Made by a program: the position numbers and the translations under genes. Of a stretch of 64,000 bases of DNA, positions 40,096 to 50,347 are shown one piece after another. Source of the DNA: an uncultured delta proteobacterium. Lineage in GTDB: Bacteria; Myxococcota_A; Polyangia; Polyangiales; B10-G4. Within the stretch, counting starts at the first letter, position 1, and each line of letters opens with the position of its first letter. The notes under the pieces are model-generated. The model worked only from the letters and a program-made list of their open reading frames with translations. It made no database searches and was not told the origin of the DNA. The stretch is taken from contig CAVSGI010000027.1 in the NCBI GenBank assembly GCA_963727445.1, forward strand, positions 354,983-418,982, written 5' to 3'.

Positions 40096-41587
40096 TCAGT
40101 CGCGCCGCGCGGCCGCGATGGCGAGCAGGCCCGCGCGCGCCTTGTTCACGGTCTCGTCGAACTCGCTCTTCGGGTCCGACGCTTCGACGATGCCGGCGCC
40201 CGCCTGCAGGATCAGGTCGCCGCCTTTTTCGACGACGGTGCGGATGGCGATGGCGACGTCCATGTTTCCGTCGAAGCCGAGGTAGCCGACGGCGCCGCCG
40301 TAGATGCCGCGTGGCTCGGGCTCGAGCGCCTCGATGATCTGCATGGCCCGGACCTTGGGCGCGCCGCTCAGTGTGCCCGCCGGGAAGGTCGCCCGAAGGA
40401 CGTCGAGGGCGTCACGTCCGGGCGCGAGCTGCCCGGCGACGTTGGAGACGATGTGCATCACGTGGCTGTAGCGCTCGACCACCATTTCGTCGGTGATGCG
40501 AACGGTGCCGCCCTCGCTGATGCGGCCGATGTCGTTGCGACCGAGGTCCACGAGCATCACGTGCTCGGCGCGCTCCTTGGGATCGGCGAGGAGCTCCTCG
40601 GCGATGGCGTCGTCCTCCTCGGGGGTCGCGCCGCGCGGGCGGGTGCCGGCGATGGGGCGCACCTGCGCGACGCCGTCCTCGAGTCGCACCAGAGTCTCGG
40701 GGCTCGCCCCGGCGATGGTGACCTCGGGGAAGCGGAGGAAGTACATGTACGGCGACGGGTTGAGCACGCGCATCGCGCGGTAGACGTCGAGGGGATCGAT
40801 ACCGGCCGCGGGGACGCGGAAGCGCTGGCTCAAGACGAGCTGGAAGATGTCGCCGGCGCGGATGTGCTCCTGGGCCTTCTCGACCGCGGCGCAGAAGCTC
40901 GCTTCGTCGAAGCTCGAGGCGGGCAGGGGTGTATGGGCCGCGGCGTCGGGCGGCTCGAGATGCGGCAGGCGCGGCGCTTTGGCGAGGCGCGCCTCGATCT
41001 CTTCGAGACGGGTGAGCGCGTCGTTGAAGGCGCGGCGCCTGTCGACGCCCTCGGCGACGGCGCAGAGGACGACCACGCGCACCAGCTGGCGTTGGTTGTC
41101 GAAGATGATCAGCGTGCCGCCGATGGCGAAGGAGAGCTCGAACTGGCCGGGGGTGAGCGGGAGTGGCGGCGCGACCGTGGGCTCGAAGCGGCGGACCGCG
41201 TCGTAGGAGACGTATCCCACGGCGCCTCCCCAGAAGCGCGGCAGCCAGTAGAGCGAAGGCGGGCGGTACTTCGCGAGGTCCTCGCGCAGCATCTCGAAGG
41301 GGTCGACGCCGGTGAGGACGTCGAGGTCGTTGCCCATCACGCGCTCGTAACGGTCGCCGGCCCCCCGCACCAACATGAAGGGATCGCAGCCGACGAAGCT
41401 GTATCGCGCCCAGGTCTCGCCGCCGGAGACGCTCTCGAGGAGGAAGCTCCCCGGACGCGAGCCCACCGCCCCGAGGGCAGTCAGGGGCGTCAGATCGTCG
41501 GCGAGGAGCTCGCGCGTGACCGGAACGAGCGTGGCCTCTTCGGCAAGTCGTGCGGAATTCTTCGAAGTCGGGGCGAACCCGGGTCAT
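40096..41587 (-). CDS. trpE: Anthranilate synthase component I, with a frameshift near 41554
   Basis: LLESV..GE..ARYS, NPSPYM, PIAGTRPRG, AEHVMLVDLGRND and GTLSGAPK. The N-terminus MTRVRPDFEEF is in another frame. Confidence 0.9.
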
Positions 41588-41671
41588 GTGAGGAGGCAGG
41601 GTACAGGGGGCCGGGGCATCCGTGCTATGGCGCAGTCCATCCCACCCCACCCTCGCCCCCGGGAGAGATCC

Positions 41672-42927
41672 ATGGCCGAAGAGAAGCTCGCGAGCGCCGA
41701 CCCCGAGATCGCCGCGCTCATCAAGAAGGAAGAGCAGCGCCAGCACGACAAGGTGCGCCTCATCCCCAGCGAGAACTACGCGTGGCCCGCGGTGATGGAA
41801 GCCTGCGGCAGCGTCCTGAACAACAAGTACTCCGAGGGCTACGCCCACAGGCGCTACTACGAGGGGCAGCAGAACATCGACGACGTCGAGTCCCTCGCCC
41901 AAGAGCGCCTCAAGTCGCTCTTCGGCGTCGACCACGCGAACGTGCAGCCCTACTCCGGCTCGCCGGCGAACCTCGCCGTCTACTTCGCCTTCTGTAACCC
42001 CGGCGACACCATCATGGGCCTCGGCCTGCCGGGCGGCGGGCACCTGACCCACGGCTGGAAGGTGTCGATCACCGGCAAGTACTACAACGCCGTTCAGTAC
42101 GGCGTGCGCAAGGACGACCACCGCATCGACTTCGACGAGGTGGCGACGCTCGCGCGCGAGCACAAGCCGAAGCTCCTGTGGTGCGGCACCACAGCGTACC
42201 CGCGCATCCTCGACTTCGACAGGTTCGCCGAGATCGCGCGGGAGGTCGGCGCGGTGCTCGTGGCGGACATCGCCCACATCTCCGGGCTGGTCGCGGGCGG
42301 CGCGCACCCGTCGCCGGTGGGCAAGGCCGAGGTGATCACCTCGACAACCCACAAGACCTTCCGCGGTCCGCGCGGCGGGATGATCCTCTGCGACGACAAG
42401 CACCGGAAGGCGATCGACAAGGCGGTCTTCCCCGGTCTGCAGGGCGGGCCGCACAACGGCACCACCGCTGCCATCGCCGTCGCGGCCAAGCTCGCGGCCA
42501 CCGACGACTTCAAGGAGTACGCGGCGACCGTCGTCGCCAATGCGCGCGCGATGGCCGAGACGCTGATGAGCCGCGGCATGGACGTCGTCACCGGCGGCAC
42601 CGACACCCACCTGATCCTCTGCGACCTGACCCCGAAGGGCGTGCCCGGGAAGGTCGCGGCCCAGGCCCTCGACCGGGCGGGCATCGTCAGGAACTACAAC
42701 TCGGTGCCCTTCGATACCCGCAAGCCCTTCGACCCGCGCGGCATCCGCCTCGGCACGCCCCGCCATCACCGCGCGGGGGATGGGCGCCGCCGAGTATGAA
42801 GACCATCGCCGGCTGGATGGCGGACGTCATCGACGCGCCGGATGACGAGGCGCTGATCGGGCGCATCGCGGGACAGGTCAAGGAGCTCTGTGACCAGTTC
42901 GAGGCGCCGGGGATCACTCTCAGCTAG
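41672..42927 (+). CDS. glyA: Serine hydroxymethyltransferase, with two +1 indels near 42760 and 42795
   Basis: LIPSENY, NKYSEGY, GGHLTHG, TTHKTFRGPRGG and GIRLGTP. The tail AITARGMG-MKTIA lies in shifted frames. Confidence 0.93.
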
Positions 42928-42990
42928 CGGCCGGGCCGCGGAAAACTTGCGAGTCAGGCCGGCTGGTGATCATGGTCGGCCGGCAGAGGT

Positions 42991-44515
42991 ATGTTCAGAC
43001 CCGCCGCGATACGAGCCTCCGTGTGGCTCACGCTCACGATCACGGCCGTCGGGCTCGGGAGCTGGACGTTTCTGCCCGAGGCGGTGGTGCAGGCAGCCAC
43101 CCTCGACAAGGCGCCCTACGCCGAGATCGAGATGCGCGGCGTGCGGATCGATCAAGACGCGAGTCTGCGGGCGCAGGCCGAGGAGATCGCGCGCGCCTTC
43201 CTGCGCGAGCGCGTGACCCTGGTGACGCCGAGCGGCGAGCGCGTCACGCGGAGCCGACGCTCGTGGGGTGCCGTGATCGACACGGTCGAGCTGGTGCGGA
43301 TCCTGATGGCGGCGAAGAACCCCGGCTCGCTGATGCGGCGCGTGCACGCGAGCCGTGGAGGAGGCCAGCCGCTGGCGCTCACGCTGCCCGTGTCCTTCGA
43401 CGCGAGCGCGGCCGAGGAGGAGCTCTCGGCGCTCAAGGACGACATCGATCTGAAGCCGGTCGACGCGCGCATGGACACGGACACGCTGATGCCGCTCGCG
43501 CATCGCGACGGGCTGACGGTGGACGTGTGGGCGACCCTCGAGGCGCTCGAGGGGGCGATGGAGCGGGGCGAGGACGAGGTGGCGCTCGCCGCCATGGTGA
43601 AGCCCGCGCGCCGGACGAGCGACGAGCTGGACGGGGTGTCGATGGCGGCGCAGCTCGCGAGCTTCGAGACGCGCTACGACGCGAGCTACCGTTCGGAGGA
43701 CCGTTCCTTCAACCTGGCGGTGGCCGCGGAGAAGATCGACGGGATGGTGGTGCTGCCCGGAGAGCGCTTCGATTTCAACGAGATCGTGGGCGAACGGAGC
43801 GAAGCGAACGGTTTTCGGGTGGCGACGGTGATCGCGGCGGGCGAGCTGGTCGACGGGATCGGCGGCGGCACCTGTCAGATCTCGGGCACGCTCCACGCGG
43901 CTGTCTTCTTCGCGGGCCTGCCGATCGTCGAGCGCCACCCACACAGCCGGCCGTCGAGCTACATCAAGCTCGGGCTCGACGCGGCGGTGAGCTATCCGAA
44001 CCTGAACTTCTCCTTCGACAACGATCGCGACTACCCCATCGTCATCGGCTTCACCGTCGGCGGAGGGATCGCGCGCGCGACGCTCTGGGGCGCCGAGCAC
44101 GACCTGCAGGTGACCTTCGTGCGGCGCGTGGACGAGACCGTCGCCTACCGCGAGCAGGAGGTCGACGACCCCGACCTGCCTCGCGGCGTGCGCGTGCTCT
44201 CGCAGCGGGGCGTGCCGGGCTTCGAGCTGACGCGCTGGCGCATCGTCCGTGACCTCGGGACGCGTCAGGCCGTGCGCGAGCACCTCGAGGACGCCTATCC
44301 GCCCACGACTCGAGATCTGGCGCGTCGGCACCGGTGGCGCAGCCCCGGCCGGCTACACGCCCCCCGCGGGCGACCACCACCTCGAATACGTCGCCGACGA
44401 GTACCTCTCCCTCACCTACGGCGCCGGCCTCGACGAGCCCCTCGAAGTCCGCCGCGCCGGCCGCACCGGCACCTACGGCTGGACCACCCGCGAAGGCTAC
44501 CCCAGCATCGACTGA
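42991..44515 (+). CDS. VanW family protein, with a frameshift near 44308
   Basis: FDFNEIVGER, GIGGGTCQISGTL, ERHPHS and GLDAAVSY. The tail EIWRVGT is in another frame. Confidence 0.85.
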
Positions 44516-44518
44516 TTC

Positions 44519-44609
44519 GGGGACGGTCTACACTTTTTCACTTTTGCCCCCGACCCGGCCTTTGGTGGCGGCGCCGCCGCGCAAAAGTGAAAAAGTGTAG
44601 ACCGTCCCC
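44519..44609. repeat. Perfect 29-bp inverted repeat with a 33-bp spacer (REP-doublet or MITE-like)
   Basis: GGGGACGGTCTACACTTTTTCACTTTTGC at 44519-44547 and its exact reverse complement at 44581-44609. Confidence 0.9.
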
Positions 44610-44622
44610 ATATACTCAACGT

Positions 44623-45796
44623 ATGCGCGTCGTGGTCGGAGTCGGCGGAGGGGATCGCTGCCTACAAGTCCGTGCTTCTGGTGCGGGCGCTGGTGAAGGC
44701 CCGGGCCGAGGTGCGGGTGGTGATGACCGAGGCGGCGACGCGCTTCGTCGGGGCGGTGACCTTCACGGGGATCACGGGGTCGCCGGCGGTGACCGACCTC
44801 TGGGACCCGAAGCACGCGGGCGAGATCCATGTGGAGCTCGGCGCGTGGGCCGACGTGGTGGTGGTGGCGCCGGCGACGGCGAACCTCCTCGCGCGCGCCG
44901 CCGCCGGCATGGCCGACGACGCGGTCCTCGCCACCGTCAGCTGCGCGAAGGGCCCCGTGCTCTACGCACCCGCGATGCACACGCGCATGTGGGAGCGCCC
45001 CGCCACCCGGCGCAACGTCGCCCAGCTCGAGGCCGACGGAGCCATCCTGGTCGGTCCGGCCTCCGGCGAGCTCGCGAGCGGAGACGTCGGCGAAGGGCGC
45101 ATGGCCGAGCCCGAGCTCATCGCCGAAGCCGTCCTGCGCGCCCTCGGCGACGCGGGCGACCTCGAAGGCCAGCGCATCCTCGTCACCGCCGGCCCCACCC
45201 ACGAAGATCTCGATCCCGTGCGCTACCTCGGCAACCGCTCCACCGGCAAGATGGGCTACGCCCTCGCCGAGCGCGCCGCCGCCCGCGGCGCCTACGTCAT
45301 TCTGGTGACGGGCCCCGTGCGCTTGTCGCCCCCCGAGGGAGTCGAGATGGTCGGCATCCGCAGCGCGCGCGATCTCGAAGCCGCCGTCGTCCCCCGCATG
45401 GACTCCGTCGACGCCATCATCATGGCCGCGGCCGTCGCCGACTATCGCCCCGCTCAGAAGTCCGACGCCAAGATCAAGAAGCAGCCGGGCGACCTCACCC
45501 TCGAGCTCGTCCGCAACCCCGACGTCCTCGCCACCCTCGGCCAGCGCCGCACCGGCCCGCGCCCCGTCCTCGTCGGCTTCGCCGTCGAGTCCGGCGATCT
45601 CGTCGCCGCGGCCCGCGGCAAGCTCGAACAGAAGAAGTGCGATCTCGTCGTCGCCAACCTCGCTTCCGTTGGCTTCGGCGGCGAGGACAACGAGGTCGTC
45701 CTCGTCGACGCCGCCTCCGACACCCCACTGCCCCGCGCCACCAAGCGCGCCATCGCCGACAAGATCCTCGATCGGGTCCGGGACCTTCTGGGCTGA
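44623..45796 (+). CDS. coaBC: Bifunctional phosphopantothenoylcysteine decarboxylase/synthetase, with a frameshift in a G-run at 44650-44653
   Basis: GVGGG-IAAYK, APATAN, PAMH, TAGPTHEDLDPVRY, NRSTGKMG, AAVADY and GFAVE. Confidence 0.93.
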
Positions 45797-45822
45797 TCCG
45801 CTTCCTGCTACCCTTCCCCACC

Positions 45823-46905
45823 ATGGTGCAGGTCCCGCGTGTCGATCGGACCGACCAGTTCCTGGGTCAGGAGCTGGAGGGGCGCTACCGCATCATCGAG
45901 CGCCTCGGCGAAGGCGGCATGAGCACCATCTACCGCGCCCAGCAGATCGAGGGTGGCCCCGACGTCGGTATCAAGATCCTCCACGACGAGCTCATCCACG
46001 ACCAGTCGCAACGCGAGCGTTTCGAGCGCGAGGCCCGGGCGCTCTTCGGTCTCGAGCATCCGAACATCCTGCACGTCTACGACTTCGGCGTGCACAACGG
46101 CCTGCCCTTCCTGGTCATGGAGCTGCTCAGCGGCCAGACCCTCGATCAGCTTGTCGAAGACGAGCCTCTGCCGCCCCTCGAGGCCATCGAGCTCTTCAAG
46201 CAGGTGCTCACGGGGTTGGCGATGGCGCACGGCAAAGGCGTGCTGCACCGCGACCTCAAGACCGAGAACGTGGTCGTCGTCAGCGACCATCGCGGCGGCC
46301 GGATCGCCAAGCTCCTCGACTTCGGCCTGGTGAAATTCGTCGACGACGACCGCTGGGGCTCGGGCAAGTCCCTCACCGCCTTCGGCGAGGTCTTCGGCAC
46401 GCCGGCGTACATGTCACCCGAGCAATGTACGGGCGCACCCACCGACGCCCGCACCGACGTCTACGCGATGGGCGTGGTGCTCTTCGAGCTCCTCACCGGC
46501 GAGTGGCCCTTCATGGAAGAGGGCCGCGCCGAGATGATGCGCGCCCATCTCAGCTTCCCGCCCCCGAAGCTCACGGACAAGCGCCCCGACCTCGAGCCGC
46601 GCCCAGAGCTCGTCGCCCTCATCGACAAGGCGCTGGCGAAGGACAAGATGGAGCGCTTCGCCGACGCTGGCGAGATGCTCGCCGCTCTCGAGGCCATCCC
46701 GCACCCTGCCGCCACGGTCAAAGGCGCGACGCCCGACTACACGACGACCGCGGCCACGGACCCCGTCGCGCTGCCGAGCCTTCCGAACGCCGCCCCCGCC
46801 CAGAAGGCCTCCATCACACCGATCCTGATCATCATCAGCGTGATCCTCGGCCTCGGGCTGCTCGTCGTGATGGCCGCCGCGGCCATCGTCATTCTCAATC
46901 TCTAG
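45823..46905 (+). CDS. Hanks-type Ser/Thr kinase with a C-terminal TM helix
   Basis: LGEGGMS, HRDLKTEN, DFG and GTPAYMSPEQ. Confidence 0.93.
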   Translation: MVQVPRVDRTDQFLGQELEGRYRIIERLGEGGMSTIYRAQQIEGGPDVGIKILHDELIHDQSQRERFEREARALFGLEHPNILHVYDFGVHNGLPFLVMELLSGQTLDQLVEDEPLPPLEAIELFKQVLTGLAMAHGKGVLHRDLKTENVVVVSDHRGGRIAKLLDFGLVKFVDDDRWGSGKSLTAFGEVFGTPAYMSPEQCTGAPTDARTDVYAMGVVLFELLTGEWPFMEEGRAEMMRAHLSFPPPKLTDKRPDLEPRPELVALIDKALAKDKMERFADAGEMLAALEAIPHPAATVKGATPDYTTTAATDPVALPSLPNAAPAQKASITPILIIISVILGLGLLVVMAAAAIVILNL

Positions 46906-46934
46906 CTCCGCTCGCGACCCTCGGCCGCGAAAGT

Positions 46935-47537
46935 CTAGAAGAGCGTCGCCGCGTCGCCCGCGCCGTCGCGCACCACCTCGGGCGCGTCGTTGGTCAGGTC
47001 GATCACCGTCGATGGCGTCAGATTCCCCCACCCCGCGTCGAGGATCAGGTCGACCTGCCGGAAACGCTCCGCGATGTCGGCAGGATCCATCAGGGTCTCG
47101 TCGCCCCAGGTCGCAGACGTGCTGACGATGGGGTGGCCGAGCGCTTCGAGGAGCGCGCGCGCGACGGGATGGGCGGGCACGCGGATGCCCACCTGCTTGC
47201 GCTTCATCATCAGGATCTTCGGCACCTCGCGGGTGGCGTTGAGGATGAAGGTGAAGGGCCCGGGCGTGCCGCGCTTGAGGATGCGGTAGGTCTGGTTGTC
47301 GACGATCGCGTAGCGCGCGATCTCCGACAGGTCGGGGCAGAGGAAGGCGACGGGCTTGTCCTTCTTCATCTGCTTCATCTGATAGATTCGATCGATCGAC
47401 TTCTTCTGGTGGATGTCGCAGCCGAGCCCGTAGACCGTGTCGGTCGGATAAGCGATCACCTCGCCCGCGCGCACGGCGTCGGCGGCGCGCGCGATCTTGC
47501 GCGGCTCGGGGTGGTCGGGGTTGACGGGGATCCTCAA
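46935..47537 (-). CDS. Sua5/YciO/YrdC family protein
   Basis: YPTDTVYGLGC, PGPFTFIL, GIRVP, STSA and PSTVIDL. Confidence 0.9.
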   Translation of the reverse strand: MRIPVNPDHPEPRKIARAADAVRAGEVIAYPTDTVYGLGCDIHQKKSIDRIYQMKQMKKDKPVAFLCPDLSEIARYAIVDNQTYRILKRGTPGPFTFILNATREVPKILMMKRKQVGIRVPAHPVARALLEALGHPIVSTSATWGDETLMDPADIAERFRQVDLILDAGWGNLTPSTVIDLTNDAPEVVRDGAGDAATLF

Positions 47538-47610
47538 GGCGGCGCGCGTTTAGCGTCCCAGCCGAGGGACGTCAAGGCGGAATGCCGGCGGAACCCAGAA
47601 TCAGCCGGCG

Positions 47611-48501
47611 TCACTTCTGCCGGGCGTGGACCATCTTCCGTGAGGAGCCGTCCTCGAAGACCACCTCGATGGCGTTCTCCTGCGTGACGTTGAACACGCG
47701 CCCCACACCGAACTTCGGGTGGATGAAGCGATCGCCCGCGACATATGTGCGCGTCATGTCGTAGGGGCTGGCTGTGGCCCGGGCCTGGCCGATCTCGTCG
47801 CTGGTGAGCGCAGGCTTCGGCGGGTTCTTCTTCCGCGCGCGGGACGAGGACGAAGACGAGGCGACGCGCCGTCGCGGCGCAGCCTTCGCGCTCGTCGATG
47901 GCATCGACGCCGGGCGAACCGAGGGCGGTCGCACCAAGGCCGAAACCTGGCGTCGCGCCGCCGCCACCGCCGACGCGCGGGGATCGCAGATGAAGACCTC
48001 CTCCACCACGGCGGCGCGCCCCTCGGCGAAGCAGCGCTCCGCGTAGGCGTTCGCCGCGCGCGCGATGGCCGCGATGCGATCCGCCGGCTCGGGCGCGCCC
48101 GGGCCGTCGCCGAGGGCGCCGAAGGCCACGCGCCGCACCGATCGCTCCGCCACGAAGGCGAGACAGTGGCCCACCGCCTCGGCGAGCGCCGAGAGGCTCG
48201 GCGCTGCTGCCCGCGCCGAGCCCGTCTCCTCGGGCCGGGTCGCAACCCAGAGGAGGAAGTCGCAGTGGAGCCGACCGCCATGAACCCGCGCCGCCTCGCC
48301 GAGGGGAAGCGGTCCCCCGAGCTTGTCCCGTTCGGAGCGAAGCGCGGCGGAGAGCCCGTCGCCCCACGCCTCCTCGAGCTCCCTGTCCGGGCCGGGCCCG
48401 CGCCACAGGCGCATGTCCCGCGCCCCATCGTAGACGATGGCGCCAACGCGTCTGGAAGAGGGAAGATCGTAGACGGAGGTGGTGAGGAGAAGGACGTCCA
48501 T
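47611..48501 (-). CDS. Divergent macrodomain-like protein with a C-terminal small beta (Tudor/SH3-like) domain
   Basis: GAIV...LPLGEA..V.GGRL...VAFGALGDG; C-terminal GDRFIHPKFGVGRV...IEVVFEDG. Confidence 0.6.
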   Translation of the reverse strand: MDVLLLTTSVYDLPSSRRVGAIVYDGARDMRLWRGPGPDRELEEAWGDGLSAALRSERDKLGGPLPLGEAARVHGGRLHCDFLLWVATRPEETGSARAAAPSLSALAEAVGHCLAFVAERSVRRVAFGALGDGPGAPEPADRIAAIARAANAYAERCFAEGRAAVVEEVFICDPRASAVAAARRQVSALVRPPSVRPASMPSTSAKAAPRRRVASSSSSSRARKKNPPKPALTSDEIGQARATASPYDMTRTYVAGDRFIHPKFGVGRVFNVTQENAIEVVFEDGSSRKMVHARQK

Positions 48502-48607
48502 GAGTGGGTCGGGGCCGGGCGATGGGGGGCGTCGAGTATAGGGGTCGGCAGTGCTCGAGAAGAAGGGGTTGGCGCGACCCCCGCTTTTGGCGCACCCTCG
48601 CCCTTCC

Positions 48608-49339
48608 ATGACCGAGAAGGACCCTCGACCCTACCTCGTGGTGACCGTGCTTTTGGACCCTTCGGCCCGCGCCGCGGCCATCACCCGAAGCCACGGCGAC
48701 GCCATGGAGCGCGCCATCGCCGCCACGGCGGGGGCCGCCATCGCGGGGCTGGACATCGCCGAGCTCAACATCTCGCCCAAGGCGTTCTCTCACCTGCGAA
48801 AGAACCTCTCGATGCCTCCCGGTACCATCGCTCTCTACGACCTCTTCCCTCTCGCGAGCCACCTCGCGCCCGAGCACCGGAAGATCGCCGGACAGTTCCT
48901 CGCCGCCGAAGCGCTCTGGGCGCTCGAAGAGCAGGGGCTCACCAACGGTGCGCCGGCGGTGGAGCGCTTCACGCTTCCCGACGGTTGGTCGAAGGACCCG
49001 AAGGAGATCCGCAACAAGCTCGTCGAAGTGGGCGCGCTCGATCTCACCTCGGACGCGATCCAGACCTTCGCCGCGGTGAAGAAGAAGTGGGACGAGTCGT
49101 CGAGCCCCACGCCCGACGTCTCGTCGCTCGCGACCACCGCTGCGGCGAGTGCCCCCGACGAGCTCGGCGAGGGCGGAGACGATGGCGACAACACGCCCTC
49201 CGACACCGAGCCGCCGCCGCCCGCGCCGGCCACCGAGCCGCCGCCGCCCGCGCCGGAAACCGAGCGGCCCCCGCCCCCCGTCTTCGACGAAGAGACGGGC
49301 GAGCCCAAGGCCGAGGCCGGCGAGCCTCGAGGCGCCTGA
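48608..49339 (+). CDS. Hypothetical protein with a Pro/Glu-rich tail
   Basis: Typical codon bias; TEPPPPAP repeats. Confidence 0.7.
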   Translation: MTEKDPRPYLVVTVLLDPSARAAAITRSHGDAMERAIAATAGAAIAGLDIAELNISPKAFSHLRKNLSMPPGTIALYDLFPLASHLAPEHRKIAGQFLAAEALWALEEQGLTNGAPAVERFTLPDGWSKDPKEIRNKLVEVGALDLTSDAIQTFAAVKKKWDESSSPTPDVSSLATTAAASAPDELGEGGDDGDNTPSDTEPPPPAPATEPPPPAPETERPPPPVFDEETGEPKAEAGEPRGA

Positions 49340-49348
49340 GCGCTCGCC

Positions 49349-49747
49349 TCAGTTCAGCGAATACGGCATCTCGAGCGCGAACTCGGCGATCTCCGCGTCG
49401 AATCCGTCACCCGTCTCGCGCTCCATCTGGTAGCTGCCGTGCATCGAGCCGCGCGGCGTGCGCAGGATGCAGCCACTCGTGTACTGAAATCCATGTCCCG
49501 GTGGCAGTCGCGGCTGCTCTCCGACCACGCCTGGCCCGCGCACCTCCTCCACGTGTCCATCGCCGTGCTTGACCACCCAGTGGCGGGTGCGCAGCTGAAC
49601 GATGTCCTCACCCTCGTTCGCGATCCGCACCGTGTAGGCGAAGACGTAGCGCTGCGCCATGGGGTTCGACTGCTCGGGAACGTACTGGCTCTCGACCGTG
49701 ACGCGGACGCCGTTGGTGATGGCTTCGGATCGGAACTGAGGGATCAT
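49349..49747 (-). CDS. apaG: ApaG protein
   Basis: YVFAYTVRI.N, RHW, VRGPGVVGEQP and YTSG. Confidence 0.93.
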   Translation of the reverse strand: MIPQFRSEAITNGVRVTVESQYVPEQSNPMAQRYVFAYTVRIANEGEDIVQLRTRHWVVKHGDGHVEEVRGPGVVGEQPRLPPGHGFQYTSGCILRTPRGSMHGSYQMERETGDGFDAEIAEFALEMPYSLN

Positions 49748-50346
49748 GTCTTCGTCTCGCGTTTCAGCGCGCCGCGGTGGCTCACCCATTCGCTGTCTCC
49801 GACCGCGAGCCGCCAGGGCGCGCGCCGGTGCGCCGCCGAAGCATAGTCGATCCCGACGCGTGGGCCGACGAGGATCCGGGTGGGAGGCTCGGCGTCGCGC
49901 ACTTCGAGGCCACCGCGACGAAAGAGGGGGTGGCCGCTGAAGCTGGTATCGAGGGCGAGGGCGGCGCCGACCTTGCCGGGACCGGTGAGGAGCACCGGGC
50001 CTTCCTTGTCGCCGCGGCGCTTCTGGATGGTGCCGAGGCCGCGCACCGGCTCGCAGGCGCGGATGAGCACCGCGGCGCCCTCCCCTTCCTCGTTGGTCAC
50101 CAGATTGAGCATCTGGTGCATGCCGTAGCAGAGATAGACGTAGGCGTGACCGGGCGGCCCCCACATGGGGGCATTTCGAGTCGTTCGACCCATGCGGCAG
50201 TGGTTCGCGGTGTCGCCGGGTCGATATGCCTCGACCTCGGTGATGCGAACGACGACGCGGCCGTGCTTGATGTGCTTGCCGAGCAGGTCTCGCGCGACCT
50301 CGAGAGCGTCGCGCGCGTAGAAGCTTCGCGGGAGGCGGTCGCTCAC
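49744..50346 (-). CDS. mpg: 3-methyladenine DNA glycosylase
   Basis: VARDLLGK, ITEVEAY, YVYLCYGMH, AVLIRA, GPGK and RVGI. Confidence 0.92.
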   Translation of the reverse strand: MSDRLPRSFYARDALEVARDLLGKHIKHGRVVVRITEVEAYRPGDTANHCRMGRTTRNAPMWGPPGHAYVYLCYGMHQMLNLVTNEEGEGAAVLIRACEPVRGLGTIQKRRGDKEGPVLLTGPGKVGAALALDTSFSGHPLFRRGGLEVRDAEPPTRILVGPRVGIDYASAAHRRAPWRLAVGDSEWVSHRGALKRETKT

Positions 50347-50347
50347 G

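Noticed and set aside
40096..45796. trpE, glyA and coaBC as pseudogenes or programmed frameshifts
   Set aside because: The motifs are intact, no slippery-site signals are evident, and clustered indels fit assembly error better.
42991..46905. 1304-aa VanW-kinase fusion
   Set aside because: It is an artefact of the frameshift near 44308. The middle is an off-frame read of the inverted repeat and coaBC, and the kinase has its own start at 45823.
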